Position numbers and translations under genes: made by a program. From NCBI GenBank assembly GCA_017399025.1, contig JAFQEK010000034.1:4107-68106 (forward strand): 64,000 nucleotides of DNA, read 5' to 3'. The first letter of the stretch is position 1; every line of letters begins with the position of its first letter. The DNA comes from Clostridia bacterium (GTDB taxonomy: Bacteria > Bacillota > Clostridia > Oscillospirales > CAG-272). Shown here piece by piece: positions 16,742 through 25,991 of this stretch. The notes beneath the pieces were generated by a model. It was not told where the DNA came from, made no database searches, and saw only the letters and a list, made by a program, of their open reading frames with translations.

Positions 16742-18814
16742 TTAATCGGTGTTCTTCTTTGCTTCTTCGATAATCTTCTGCGCGTTGAACATGGGAACTT
16801 CTTCATAATCGGAGAAGTAGAGAGTATAAGAGCCTCTGCCCTGTGTGATTGCGCGAAGCTGAATTGCAAAGTCAACCATTTCTGCCATCGGAGCTTCCGC
16901 TTCGATAACCTGTTCGCCGTGTTTTTCTGTAGGTGTCATGCCGAGCACTCTGCCGCGACGTTTGTTAATAGCACCCATGATATCACCAAGCATTTCGCTG
17001 GGCGCATAAACATTGAGTTTACCAACCGGTTCCAAAAGAACAGGGTTTGCTTTCGGAAGCGCTTCTTTATAAGCAAGAGAGGCAGCAATCTTGAACGCCA
17101 TTTCGGAAGAGTCTACGGGATGGTAAGAACCGTCGGAAAGATCTGCTTTCAGGTTTACAACGGGATAGCCTGCAAGAACACCTTTCTGCATGGATTCCAA
17201 CAAGCCCTTTTCAACAGCAGGATAATAGTTCTTGGGAACGGAACCGCCGACAACGGACTGTGTGAATTCCAAACCGGGGTTCACACCGGGAGCGAAAGAC
17301 ATTTTTACATGACCGTATTGACCGTGTCCGCCGGACTGCTTCTTGTGTTTGCCTTCCACTTCCACTCTCTTCTTGATGGTTTCGCGGTATGCGATCTTCG
17401 GCGCGGAAAGAACAACAGAGACACCGAAGCGGGATTTGAGTTTGGAAACGGTTACATCGAGGTGAATATCACCCTGACCGGAAATGAGAAGCTGCTTGGT
17501 TTCGGGATTGTTTTCATATTTCAGGGTGCGGTCTTCTTCGAGAAGCTTATTGATACCCTGTGCGATCTTATCTTCATCGCCCTTTGCTTTGGGCGCGATC
17601 GCCATCTGATAGAAAGATTCGGGATATACGATCTTCTTATACGGAAGGGGATTTTCCATCTGAGAAAGCGTATCATTCGTATTGGTATTATTGAGTTTTG
17701 CGGTCATACCGATATCACCCATGGAGAGCATTTTTACTTCGGTCTGTTTCTTTCCGCAAACGGTATAGATACGGGTCAGGCGTTCGTCCTGTCCCGTGGT
17801 TACGTTTTTGAGAACGGAATCGCTGTAAAGCTCACCGCCGATAACCTTAAAGAAAGACATCTTACCAACGAACGGATCGGCAACGGTTTTGAATACAAAG
17901 ATGGATGCGGGACCATGTTCGCGTACGGGACGTTCAATCTCTTCATCACCGTCAATCACGATTTCTGCTTTATGATATACGGGACTGGGAAGCGTATCTG
18001 CGATCACGTCAAGAAGCAAACGAATACCGCAAAGGTTAGTTGCGGAACCGCAGACTACGGGCGCGATATCACCGCGGAGAATACCGTCATGGAGTGCCGT
18101 AATGATCTCTTCTTTGGTAATGCGCTCGCCTTCGAAGAATTTATCCATCAATTCTTCACTTGTGGATGCTACGGCTTCGTGGAGCATGCTGAGACATCTG
18201 TCAATGCGTTCTTCGTTGCCTGCGGGAATATCAATAGGCTGACCGTCTTTGCCGTGCGCAAAAGCAACAGCTCTCATATCAATCAGATCCAGAAGACCTA
18301 CGATATCATCGCCTTCGAGAAGCGGAATGACAACGGGACAGATGGAGTTACCGAATTTATCGTGCATTTCCTGGAAAACTTTTCTGAAACGGGTTTCGGG
18401 ATCGTCGCATTTGTTGATAAAGAACGCACGGGGCATTTTGTCCTTGCAAACAAGATCCCATGCAATTTCCGTACCGACTTCAACGCCTGCTTTACCATCA
18501 ACAACGATCAAAGCACTGCCTGCAACACGCAAAGCCTGGAGTGCTTCTCCCTGGAAATCAAGATATCCGGGAGTATCGATGATATTGATCTTTACGCCGT
18601 TGTGCGTAACGGGAGCGATGGAGGCAGAAAGTGTAAAGCCTCTTTTGATTTCTTCTGTGTCAAAGTCGCAAACCGTATTGCCTTCGGAGGGCTTACCGAG
18701 TCTGTCGGTTTCTTTTTTTACATAAAGCATAGCTTCTGCAAGGGAGGTCTTACCGCTTGCGCCATGTCCGAGCAAGCATACGTTGCGAATGTCTCTGGAG
18801 TGAATCTTTTCCAT
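16742..18814 (-). CDS. fusA: Elongation factor G paralogue (EF-G II type, outside the str operon)
   Basis: GHGASGKT, DTPG, NKCD, KKQSGGHGQYG, YHPVDSSEMAF. RGFTL replaces the canonical RGITI. Confidence 0.9.
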   Translation of the reverse strand: MEKIHSRDIRNVCLLGHGASGKTSLAEAMLYVKKETDRLGKPSEGNTVCDFDTEEIKRGFTLSASIAPVTHNGVKINIIDTPGYLDFQGEALQALRVAGSALIVVDGKAGVEVGTEIAWDLVCKDKMPRAFFINKCDDPETRFRKVFQEMHDKFGNSICPVVIPLLEGDDIVGLLDLIDMRAVAFAHGKDGQPIDIPAGNEERIDRCLSMLHEAVASTSEELMDKFFEGERITKEEIITALHDGILRGDIAPVVCGSATNLCGIRLLLDVIADTLPSPVYHKAEIVIDGDEEIERPVREHGPASIFVFKTVADPFVGKMSFFKVIGGELYSDSVLKNVTTGQDERLTRIYTVCGKKQTEVKMLSMGDIGMTAKLNNTNTNDTLSQMENPLPYKKIVYPESFYQMAIAPKAKGDEDKIAQGINKLLEEDRTLKYENNPETKQLLISGQGDIHLDVTVSKLKSRFGVSVVLSAPKIAYRETIKKRVEVEGKHKKQSGGHGQYGHVKMSFAPGVNPGLEFTQSVVGGSVPKNYYPAVEKGLLESMQKGVLAGYPVVNLKADLSDGSYHPVDSSEMAFKIAASLAYKEALPKANPVLLEPVGKLNVYAPSEMLGDIMGAINKRRGRVLGMTPTEKHGEQVIEAEAPMAEMVDFAIQLRAITQGRGSYTLYFSDYEEVPMFNAQKIIEEAKKNTD

Positions 18815-19113
18815 TATATAAATCCGTTCCTTTCGGTAAAACTAAATTCTTGTTTAGATTCTCCGCGCCGCCGACGATGTGTAAAGGGACTCGCTCGGAA
18901 CGGTGCGATCGGAGAAACCGGAAACAGTTTTCAAACTTCTGAAAACCCGACTGTTATTATTATATCGCAGGACTTTCCGATATGCAAGAGAAAAAATTGT
19001 TTTTATTGCCTTATAAATAGAGAAAAAACCGAAACTCTTTTGTTTAATTTCACCAACAAAATTCAAATTTTAAAATTTTTTTTTCAAAGCGAAAAAGGTT
19101 TACAAAAAAGATA

Positions 19114-19142
19114 TTGACATAAAAAAGCGGATATGATAAAAT
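19114..19142 (+). promoter_or_regulatory. sigmaA promoter
   Basis: TTGACA-N17-TAAAAT with TG extension. Confidence 0.75.
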
Positions 19143-19231
19143 AATATTGTTGCGGAATATTTTTGGCGCAATTAAAAAAAACGGATTGAACCCGGTCGTT
19201 CAAAATTTATGTAGAAAGGTTTGGTATCACC

Positions 19232-19429
19232 ATGGAAATCACAAAAGAAAGCATCATCGGCGATATTCTTGACTTTGACCCTTCAACAGCGGTCTATTTC
19301 TTCGAAATCGGTATGCACTGCCTCGGCTGCCCTGCGTCTCGCGGAGAAAGCCTTGAAGAAGCTTGCATCGTTCACGGTACAGACGTAGATGCGCTCGTTG
19401 CAAAGCTCAATGCGCATTTTGCAAAATAA
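19232..19429 (+). CDS. DUF1858 domain protein
   Basis: GMHCLGCP...ESLEEACIVHG signature. Confidence 0.88.
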   Translation: MEITKESIIGDILDFDPSTAVYFFEIGMHCLGCPASRGESLEEACIVHGTDVDALVAKLNAHFAK

Positions 19430-19504
19430 TTTTCTTATTTGAAAACAAGAGCCCCTTCTCGCCTGCGTACGGGAAGGGGCTTCGGTTCATAAAGGACGTG
19501 AAAC

Positions 19505-20203
19505 ATGAAAAAAATGAAATTGGATGCACGCTTGCTTGCCGTTGCTTCTCTTGTGCGCAAGGGTGCTTATCTTGCCGATGTCGGAACCGATCATGCGTAT
19601 CTTCCCGTATATCTTGCCGAATGCGGAAGAATTTCCGGGGCGGTGGCTTCCGATATTCATAAAGGACCGCTTATCAGTGCCGATAAAAATATCAGGGAAG
19701 CGGGTTTTTCCGATCGGATTCAAACACTGCTGACCGATGGTTTACAAGGGATTGAAAAATATCCCATCACAGATATCGCCATCGCCGGCATGGGCGGACT
19801 GATGATCCGCAACATTTTGGAAAAAGCACATTTCTTGCGCCGTGAACAAACGCCTCATCTGATCCTTCAGCCGATGCAACACATTCCTGAGCTTCGCCGT
19901 TATCTTGGCGAACAAGGCTTCTCCGTTCAGGAAGAAAAGCAAGCCTTAGCAGAAGGAAAATTTTATCAGATCATTCTTGCCGTTTATGACGGGACCGTAC
20001 GCGAATATACGGAAACAGAACTTTTACTCGGAAAATATAACATAGAACATAAAAAAGAAAACAAAGAAAACTTTCTGATTCTTTGCGAAAGACAGCTCGA
20101 AATCCTCAGAGAAAAAATCGAAGGTCTTGAAAAGGGCGGGCGGTCTGCGGAAAAAGAACGCGCACTTTATGCCTCTATCGAAGAAGAACGGAAAGATTTA
20201 TAA
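19505..20203 (+). CDS. trmK: tRNA (adenine22-N1)-methyltransferase
   Basis: ADVGTDHAYLP, IAGMGG, LILQP. Adjacent to a Nif3 gene as in other Firmicutes. Confidence 0.92.
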   Translation: MKKMKLDARLLAVASLVRKGAYLADVGTDHAYLPVYLAECGRISGAVASDIHKGPLISADKNIREAGFSDRIQTLLTDGLQGIEKYPITDIAIAGMGGLMIRNILEKAHFLRREQTPHLILQPMQHIPELRRYLGEQGFSVQEEKQALAEGKFYQIILAVYDGTVREYTETELLLGKYNIEHKKENKENFLILCERQLEILREKIEGLEKGGRSAEKERALYASIEEERKDL

Positions 20204-20217
20204 GAAAGGAGCCGATC

Positions 20218-20991
20218 ATGCCGAAAATTTCTGAAATTTATCAATGTCTCGAACATGCTTTGCCGTCTTCCCTTTCCTGCGATTGGGATAACGACGGTCT
20301 GATGGTTTGCGATTCTCCCGAAACAGAAGTGAAAAAAATTCTTTTTGCTTTGGATATCACCCCTGCGGTTACGGAATACGCCGCAGAGATCGGTGCCGAT
20401 CTCATCATTTCCCACCATCCGCTAATCTTTTCGGGAATCCGCCGTATGGACGGTCATGACGGCACCACCCGAAAAGTGATGTCTTTACTCCGAAACGGCA
20501 TATCCGCTATGAGTTTCCACACGCGTCTGGATGCGGCAGACGGCGGCATCAACGATATTCTGGCAAAGCTCTTTTCTCTCTCGGATGTTGAAAAATTCGG
20601 TGTGGAAGGCGATACAGCCGCAAGAATCGGAACGCTTCCTTCCCCGATGGTGTTTGAAGATTTTTGCCGATTGGTTAAAAATATTCTGCATGCGCCTTCC
20701 GTTTGCGGTGCAAAAGGAGAAAACACAGTTTCCCGTCTTGCAGTGCTCGGCGGTTCGGGAAAGGATTATATCCGCGAAGCGCAGAAAATGGGGGCAGATA
20801 CCTATCTGACGGGAGAGGTTAATTATAATTATCTTCTGGAAGCCGCAGAAAACGGACTTTCCGTCGTTACGGCAGGACATTACCACACGGAAGCGCCGTT
20901 TACGGCATTTTTTGAAAAGATTCTTTCCGAAAATTTTGAAAATCTGGAATTTATTCTTTTTCCTAATGGCTGTGAATTTTTTTACTGTTAA
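20218..20991 (+). CDS. Nif3-like dinuclear metal centre protein
   Basis: DWDNDGL, SHHPLIF, HTRLD, GHYHTE. Confidence 0.92.
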   Translation: MPKISEIYQCLEHALPSSLSCDWDNDGLMVCDSPETEVKKILFALDITPAVTEYAAEIGADLIISHHPLIFSGIRRMDGHDGTTRKVMSLLRNGISAMSFHTRLDAADGGINDILAKLFSLSDVEKFGVEGDTAARIGTLPSPMVFEDFCRLVKNILHAPSVCGAKGENTVSRLAVLGGSGKDYIREAQKMGADTYLTGEVNYNYLLEAAENGLSVVTAGHYHTEAPFTAFFEKILSENFENLEFILFPNGCEFFYC

Positions 20992-21055
20992 ATAAACAAA
21001 AACCGCACGGATGGAAAACTTCTCCGTGCGGTTCTTAAATTATTTTTCAGACCGA

Positions 21056-21985
21056 TTATTTCATAAACACAGGTGTGGAAAGATAACGCTCACCCGTATC
21101 GGGAAGCAAAACAACGATATTTTTTCCTCTGTTCTCTTCCCTTTTTGCAATCTCCGTTGCGGCAAATAATGCGGCACCCGAAGAAATTCCGACCAGCAAA
21201 CCTTCCTTTTTCGCAAGCAACCGCGCGCAGGAATACGCTTCTTCCGTGCTGACCGTAACAATTTCATCATAAACGGCAGTATTCAGGATTTTCGGTATAA
21301 ACCCTGCGCCGATTCCCTGCAAGCCGTGAGCACTCGCAGAACCGCCTGAAAGCACAGGGGAATCCTTGGGTTCGACCGCAACGATCTTCACATCGGGATT
21401 TTTCCCTTTCAGATATTCGCCGACCCCCGTAACCGTTCCGCCCGTACCGACTCCCGCAATAAAAATATCTACCTTTCCATCTGTATCCTCCCAGATTTCG
21501 GGTCCCGTGGTTTTTCTGTGTGCTTCAGGATTGGCGGGATTTGTGAACTGTCCGACAACAAATGCGTTCGGCAAGGAAGAAGCCAGTTCTTCCGCTTTTT
21601 CAATAGCGCCTGCCATACCCTTTTTACCATCCGTCAGAATCAATTCCGCACCGTATGCGCGCATGAGCATTTGCCGTTCGGCAGACATGGTTTCGGGCAT
21701 GGTAATGACCAAACGATAGCCTTTCGCGGAGGCAATGGCAGCAAGACCGATTCCCGTGTTTCCCGAGGTCGGCTCAATCATCACAGAGTCAGCTGTCAAT
21801 TTTCCCGATCTTTCCGCATCTTCAATCATTTCTTTCGCAACACGGTCCTTAGCAGAACCGGCAGGATTAAAACATTCCGCTTTGGCAAGAATCAAAGCAT
21901 GCGCACCGCATTCCTCCGTATAACGGGAAAGCGCAATCAAAGGCGTTTTTCCGATCAATTCATAAACTGAAGAATAAATTTTCAT
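21056..21985 (-). CDS. cysK: Cysteine synthase A
   Basis: [34 protein letters not shown]. Confidence 0.96.
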   Translation of the reverse strand: MKIYSSVYELIGKTPLIALSRYTEECGAHALILAKAECFNPAGSAKDRVAKEMIEDAERSGKLTADSVMIEPTSGNTGIGLAAIASAKGYRLVITMPETMSAERQMLMRAYGAELILTDGKKGMAGAIEKAEELASSLPNAFVVGQFTNPANPEAHRKTTGPEIWEDTDGKVDIFIAGVGTGGTVTGVGEYLKGKNPDVKIVAVEPKDSPVLSGGSASAHGLQGIGAGFIPKILNTAVYDEIVTVSTEEAYSCARLLAKKEGLLVGISSGAALFAATEIAKREENRGKNIVVLLPDTGERYLSTPVFMK

Positions 21986-22203
21986 ATTGGTTTCCTTTCC
22001 ATAGGATTTCTTATTTTTGATTATAGTCTATTTTCATGTTTTTTGTCAATTCTTTTTTGAAAGATCTATCCATAAAAGCAATTCGGATATTAAGTCATAA
22101 ATCCCATAAAATCAAAAAGAAAAATCTAAGCCTTGAAAAAGCTTAGATTTTTCTTAATCGGATTTATACCGTATTTTCAATATTTCAAAAAACGGACGAT
22201 TTT

Positions 22204-22974
22204 TTAATTTGCGGGATTGAGAACGACAGTGCCGTAATCGGAGAGCGTTACGGTAGAGGTAACGGAAAGTTCCAGACCGCTTTCCGTAATGGAAAGAGCA
22301 TACTTGATTTCGACGAGTTTGCCGTTTGCAAAAGTCAAAGTAACATCCGATGCGGAAGCACCCAAAGATTCAATATTGATCGCTTTGTTTGCTTTGTATG
22401 TCTTGGTTGCGGCATCATAAGTATAATCTCCATAAGCTGTCATGCTCTTGATAGAAGCAACCATCATGCTGCGTGCTTCATTTGCAGAAGCTTTGTCGGG
22501 AGCATACTCTTCTTCAGACTGTCCCATCATGGTCATTTTATACCATGCACTGTCTTTTGTGAACTTGTACTCGGATTTTGCCTCTATAGTCATACCCGTA
22601 GTGTTGGTAACGACATCTTCGGTGTATGCAAAATTTTCAAATACGGAATCTGCAAACGCTGCATCCCAATCTTCTTCGGAAAGACCTGTGAAAGCAACGG
22701 TTTCGGTTTTGGTCTGTGCGCAAACAGTGCAGGTAAAGGTTTTTACACCGTCTGCTTCCTGTGTTGCTTTGGTAGTAATTTTGCCTTCGTCCCATGTGTG
22801 ATCCGCTTTGTCGGCAACTTCTGTGCATTTCTCATCTGTGCAGGCATGCCAGTGAGAAGTTGCATCCTTGCTCCATTCAGAGGAAAACTCGCACTCATGT
22901 GCGCAAGAAGAGAGAGTTACAGCCAAAGCAAAAAGCAGACAAAGACTAAGAAAAACAGATAAAAACTTTTTCAT
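22204..22974 (-). CDS. Hypothetical lipoprotein with a His/Cys-rich N-terminal module
   Basis: Signal peptide ending LSSC, followed by HWHAC...HTW...TCTVC. Confidence 0.8.
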   Translation of the reverse strand: MKKFLSVFLSLCLLFALAVTLSSCAHECEFSSEWSKDATSHWHACTDEKCTEVADKADHTWDEGKITTKATQEADGVKTFTCTVCAQTKTETVAFTGLSEEDWDAAFADSVFENFAYTEDVVTNTTGMTIEAKSEYKFTKDSAWYKMTMMGQSEEEYAPDKASANEARSMMVASIKSMTAYGDYTYDAATKTYKANKAINIESLGASASDVTLTFANGKLVEIKYALSITESGLELSVTSTVTLSDYGTVVLNPAN

Positions 22975-23288
22975 AAATCAAAATCTCCTTAATGTTAATA
23001 AAATTATTTCAAAGCAGTAAATTCTGCTTTTATATTCATTATATCAAAAAAAAATAATATTTCAATAGGATTATGAAAAAAAATTAAACTTTTTGAATAC
23101 ATTCAAAAACTTGGTAAACAAATAATCCTAAAATCTTTTTTCAAAGAATAATTTGATCAAAAAACGAAAAATATCCAAACGGAAATCCGATGCTTCGGCA
23201 CTGACTTCTATTCAGACTATCAGCTGCTGCAGCTTTTCCATCTTATGAATCGAGAAAAAGAAAAAACAGACACACTGTGCCTGTTTTT

Positions 23289-23363
23289 TGGTGACCCGGA
23301 CGGGAATCGAACCCGTGTTACCGCCGTGAAAGGGCGGTGTCTTAGCCGCTTGACCACCGGGCC
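23289..23363 (-). tRNA. tRNA-Glu (TTC)
   Basis: GGCCCGGTGGTCAAGCGG...CTTTCAC...GTTCGATTC...ACCA. Confidence 0.97.
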
Positions 23364-23386
23364 AAGCATGACAACAAAAGTTGTCA

Positions 23387-23463
23387 TGGTAGCGGAAGTT
23401 GGATTTGAACCCACGACCTTTCGGGTATGAACCGAGCGCTCTAGCCAACTGAGCTATTCCGCC
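23387..23463 (-). tRNA. tRNA-Met (CAT), elongator type
   Basis: GGCGGAATAGCTCAGTTGG...TTCATAC...TTCAAAT...ACCA. One G-A mismatch in the T-stem. Confidence 0.95.
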
Positions 23464-23511
23464 ATGCTTTGAACCTTTTGTGTGTTGACCACTTCGGTTG
23501 ACTGCTCGACC

Positions 23512-23540
23512 ATTGTATCATAGTTTTTTTCATTTGTCAA
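23512..23540 (-). promoter_or_regulatory. sigmaA promoter of the tRNA pair
   Basis: TTGACA-N17-TACAAT with TG extension. Confidence 0.8.
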
Positions 23541-23693
23541 TAGTTTTTTTGAAAAAAATTGAATTTTTTTGAAATTTTTTTAATTTCTTATAAAGTCCCT
23601 TATAATAGTGAAAAACCGACCTCTTTTTGTCGGAAAAACAGCTTCCGTTACGAAAAAAGATCGGTTTTCATGACGAGATTTTACAATCTCCGA

Positions 23694-24917
23694 TTATTTC
23701 AGAATAAATTTGTGGTAAACTTTTTTACCCTTACGAATAACCACACCTTCACGGAGAAGATTTTCTTCCACTGTCATACCGAATGCGGTTACTTTTTCAT
23801 CATTCATTACAACACCGCCCTGGATAACCAAACGTTTTGCTTCGCTTCTGGAAGGAGCAAGCTTGCCCGCAACCATCAGATCGAGGATACCGATCTTGCC
23901 GTCGGTCAGAGCAGAAGCTTCGATTTCCGTTGTAGGCATATCTGCGCTGTTACCGCCGCCGGAGAACAGATTTTTGGAGGTCTGCTTTGCTTTTTCAGCC
24001 TCTTCCTTACCATGAACGAGAGCAGTCAGTTCATAAGCAAGAACTTCTTTCTTTTCGTTGATACGGCTATCGTCCCAAGTTTCCATTTCAGAAATTTCAT
24101 CCAGACTCAGGAAGGTCAGCATTTTAATGCATTTCATGACGTCTGCATCGCCTACGTTACGCCAATACTGGAAGAATTCAAACGGAGTTGTCTTTTTGGG
24201 ATCGAGCCATACGGCGTTGCCTGCGGTTTTACCCATCTTTTTACCGTTGGAGTCTGTTAGAAGCGTGATAGTCATTGCAAACGCATCCTTACCGAGTTTT
24301 TTACGGATGAGTTCCGTACCGCCGAGCATATTAGACCACTGGTCGTCGCCGCCGAATTCCATATTACAGCCGAACTTCTTGAACATATAGTAGAAGTCGT
24401 AAGACTGCATGATCATGTAGTTGAATTCCAGGAAGGAAAGCCCCTTTTCCATTCTCTGCTTATAGCATTCCGCGCGTAGCATATTGTTGACAGAGAAACA
24501 AGCGCCGACTTCGCGAAGCAATTCCACGTAATTAAGATTCAGAAGCCAATCTGCATTGTTTACCATCATTGCTTTGCCTTCACCGAATTCAATGAATTTT
24601 TCCATCTGGCGTTTGAAGCATTCCGCGTTGTGTTCAATATCTTCCTTAGTAAGCATTTTTCTCATGTCCGTACGGCCGGAGGGGTCGCCGATCATGGTTG
24701 TGCCGCCGCCGATCAGAGCGATCGGTTTGTTTCCTGCCATTTGCAGACGTTTCATCAGTGTGAGCGCCATAAAATGACCTGCTGTCAAGCTGTCTGCAGT
24801 GCAGTCAAAGCCGATATAAAAGGTTGCCTTTCCGTTATTTATCATTTCACGGATGTGTTCTTCATCCGTCACCTGCGCAATCAATCCGCGCGCTTGCAAT
24901 TCTTCATAAATTCCCAT
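23694..24917 (-). CDS. tyrS: Tyrosyl-tRNA synthetase
   Basis: YIGFDCTADSLTAGH, GGDDQWSN, KMGKT and a C-terminal S4 domain. ATG 24917 follows GAAAGGA. Confidence 0.96.
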   Translation of the reverse strand: MGIYEELQARGLIAQVTDEEHIREMINNGKATFYIGFDCTADSLTAGHFMALTLMKRLQMAGNKPIALIGGGTTMIGDPSGRTDMRKMLTKEDIEHNAECFKRQMEKFIEFGEGKAMMVNNADWLLNLNYVELLREVGACFSVNNMLRAECYKQRMEKGLSFLEFNYMIMQSYDFYYMFKKFGCNMEFGGDDQWSNMLGGTELIRKKLGKDAFAMTITLLTDSNGKKMGKTAGNAVWLDPKKTTPFEFFQYWRNVGDADVMKCIKMLTFLSLDEISEMETWDDSRINEKKEVLAYELTALVHGKEEAEKAKQTSKNLFSGGGNSADMPTTEIEASALTDGKIGILDLMVAGKLAPSRSEAKRLVIQGGVVMNDEKVTAFGMTVEENLLREGVVIRKGKKVYHKFILK

Positions 24918-24944
24918 GTTTTGATTTTCCTTTCGATTGATAAA

Positions 24945-25200
24945 AATAAAAGTCCCCTGCATATGCAGAGGACGAATGTTTCGTGTTACCACCTCAGTTT
25001 GCCTATTTTTCGCAAAATAAGCCTCGGAAAGTTTGTTCTACAAACTTCAACGCGTTAACGGGCGCACCCGTCGCAACCTACAAAATTTTCGGAAGCGCGG
25101 CTCGGGAATGTATTCGGCAAAAGCTTTCATACCATCTTTCACCAACCGATGGCTCTCTGAATGAAAAGGGTTCTGCGTACTTGTTTCCTTCATTGCTTTT
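24945..25200 (-). promoter_or_regulatory. T-box riboswitch (Tyr specifier)
   Basis: Stem I AGAGA / GGTGAA motifs, specifier GAA-TAC, T-box AGGTGGTAACACG at ~24982-24994, followed by a terminator. Confidence 0.92.
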
Positions 25201-25254
25201 TTATATGTTATAATATTATATCATGGTATACAAGTTTTGTCAAGAGTCGGATTG

Positions 25255-25632
25255 TTAATTTTGATCGTCGGATAAGCTTTTTTTCGCGCATTCGGGACAG
25301 ATTAACGCCTCAGTAGAATTATACCAAGAATCACAAATTTTAATTTCAACATCTTCTGCTTTTGAGGCATTAATATGACAAGCACAACTGATTATGGATA
25401 TGGTACCTCCTAACACGAGTGCTATGCCATATCGGATCATCATAAAGATGCTTTGTTCAAAATTGGTTAGAGTGCCTTTAAACGTATAATTTTCGTTTGA
25501 AATGTGGTATATCATAATGATGAATGAAACAACAGCAAGTGCGCTTGCGATATTGATTAAAATTTCTGAAATAATATGACCAATATGAGCGGCGAGTCTG
25601 GGTTCATTTAAAAGAGGAGATTTCTGTATGGA
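25255..25632 (-). pseudogene. Probable 5'-truncated membrane protein fragment
   Basis: The frame stays open upstream of ATG 25515 to ~25632 with a TM-like segment but no ATG/GTG/TTG start or RBS. Ends in a partial zinc ribbon (ICDSW...CPEC). Confidence 0.45.
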
Positions 25633-25843
25633 TTATATCAAGCGAATGCGTGATTTACGTGAAGACAGTGATAAAACACAACAGGAAATTGCAAATATTC
25701 TTGGAACTTCTCAAACGATGTACGCGCGATATGAACGTGGTGCAAACGAATTACCAATTCATCATCTCCTGAGTTTATGTGATTATTATAATGTTTCCGC
25801 CGATTATTTTCTCGGAAGAACAGATATCAAACAATATAAATAA
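25628..25843 (+). CDS. XRE-family HTH transcriptional regulator
   Basis: LREDSDKTQQEIA...YARYERG...VSADYFLGRTD, RBS GAGGAG. Confidence 0.9.
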   Translation: MDYIKRMRDLREDSDKTQQEIANILGTSQTMYARYERGANELPIHHLLSLCDYYNVSADYFLGRTDIKQYK

Positions 25844-25991
25844 GGCTATGCCAACGGTTTTCGATAACCTTTTGACATGGCCTTGTTTTTTTATATCATA
25901 GGAAATTACGCAAAATCGACCTAGTCGTTTTGCATTGTTTGGATGCAAATTAACAGCAATAGGCGAGAAACTTTCAGCGGACCTTGCCCGC

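Noticed and set aside
16919-19117. 732-aa antisense ORF over the EF-G paralogue
   Set aside because: Same shadow-ORF effect, also seen opposite recN, potA, hprK, the LRR gene, the URO-D gene and serS.
23212-23448. Short ORFs across the tRNA pair
   Set aside because: Spurious translations of tRNA genes.
24983-25213. 76-aa plus-strand ORF upstream of tyrS
   Set aside because: Antisense to the T-box leader.
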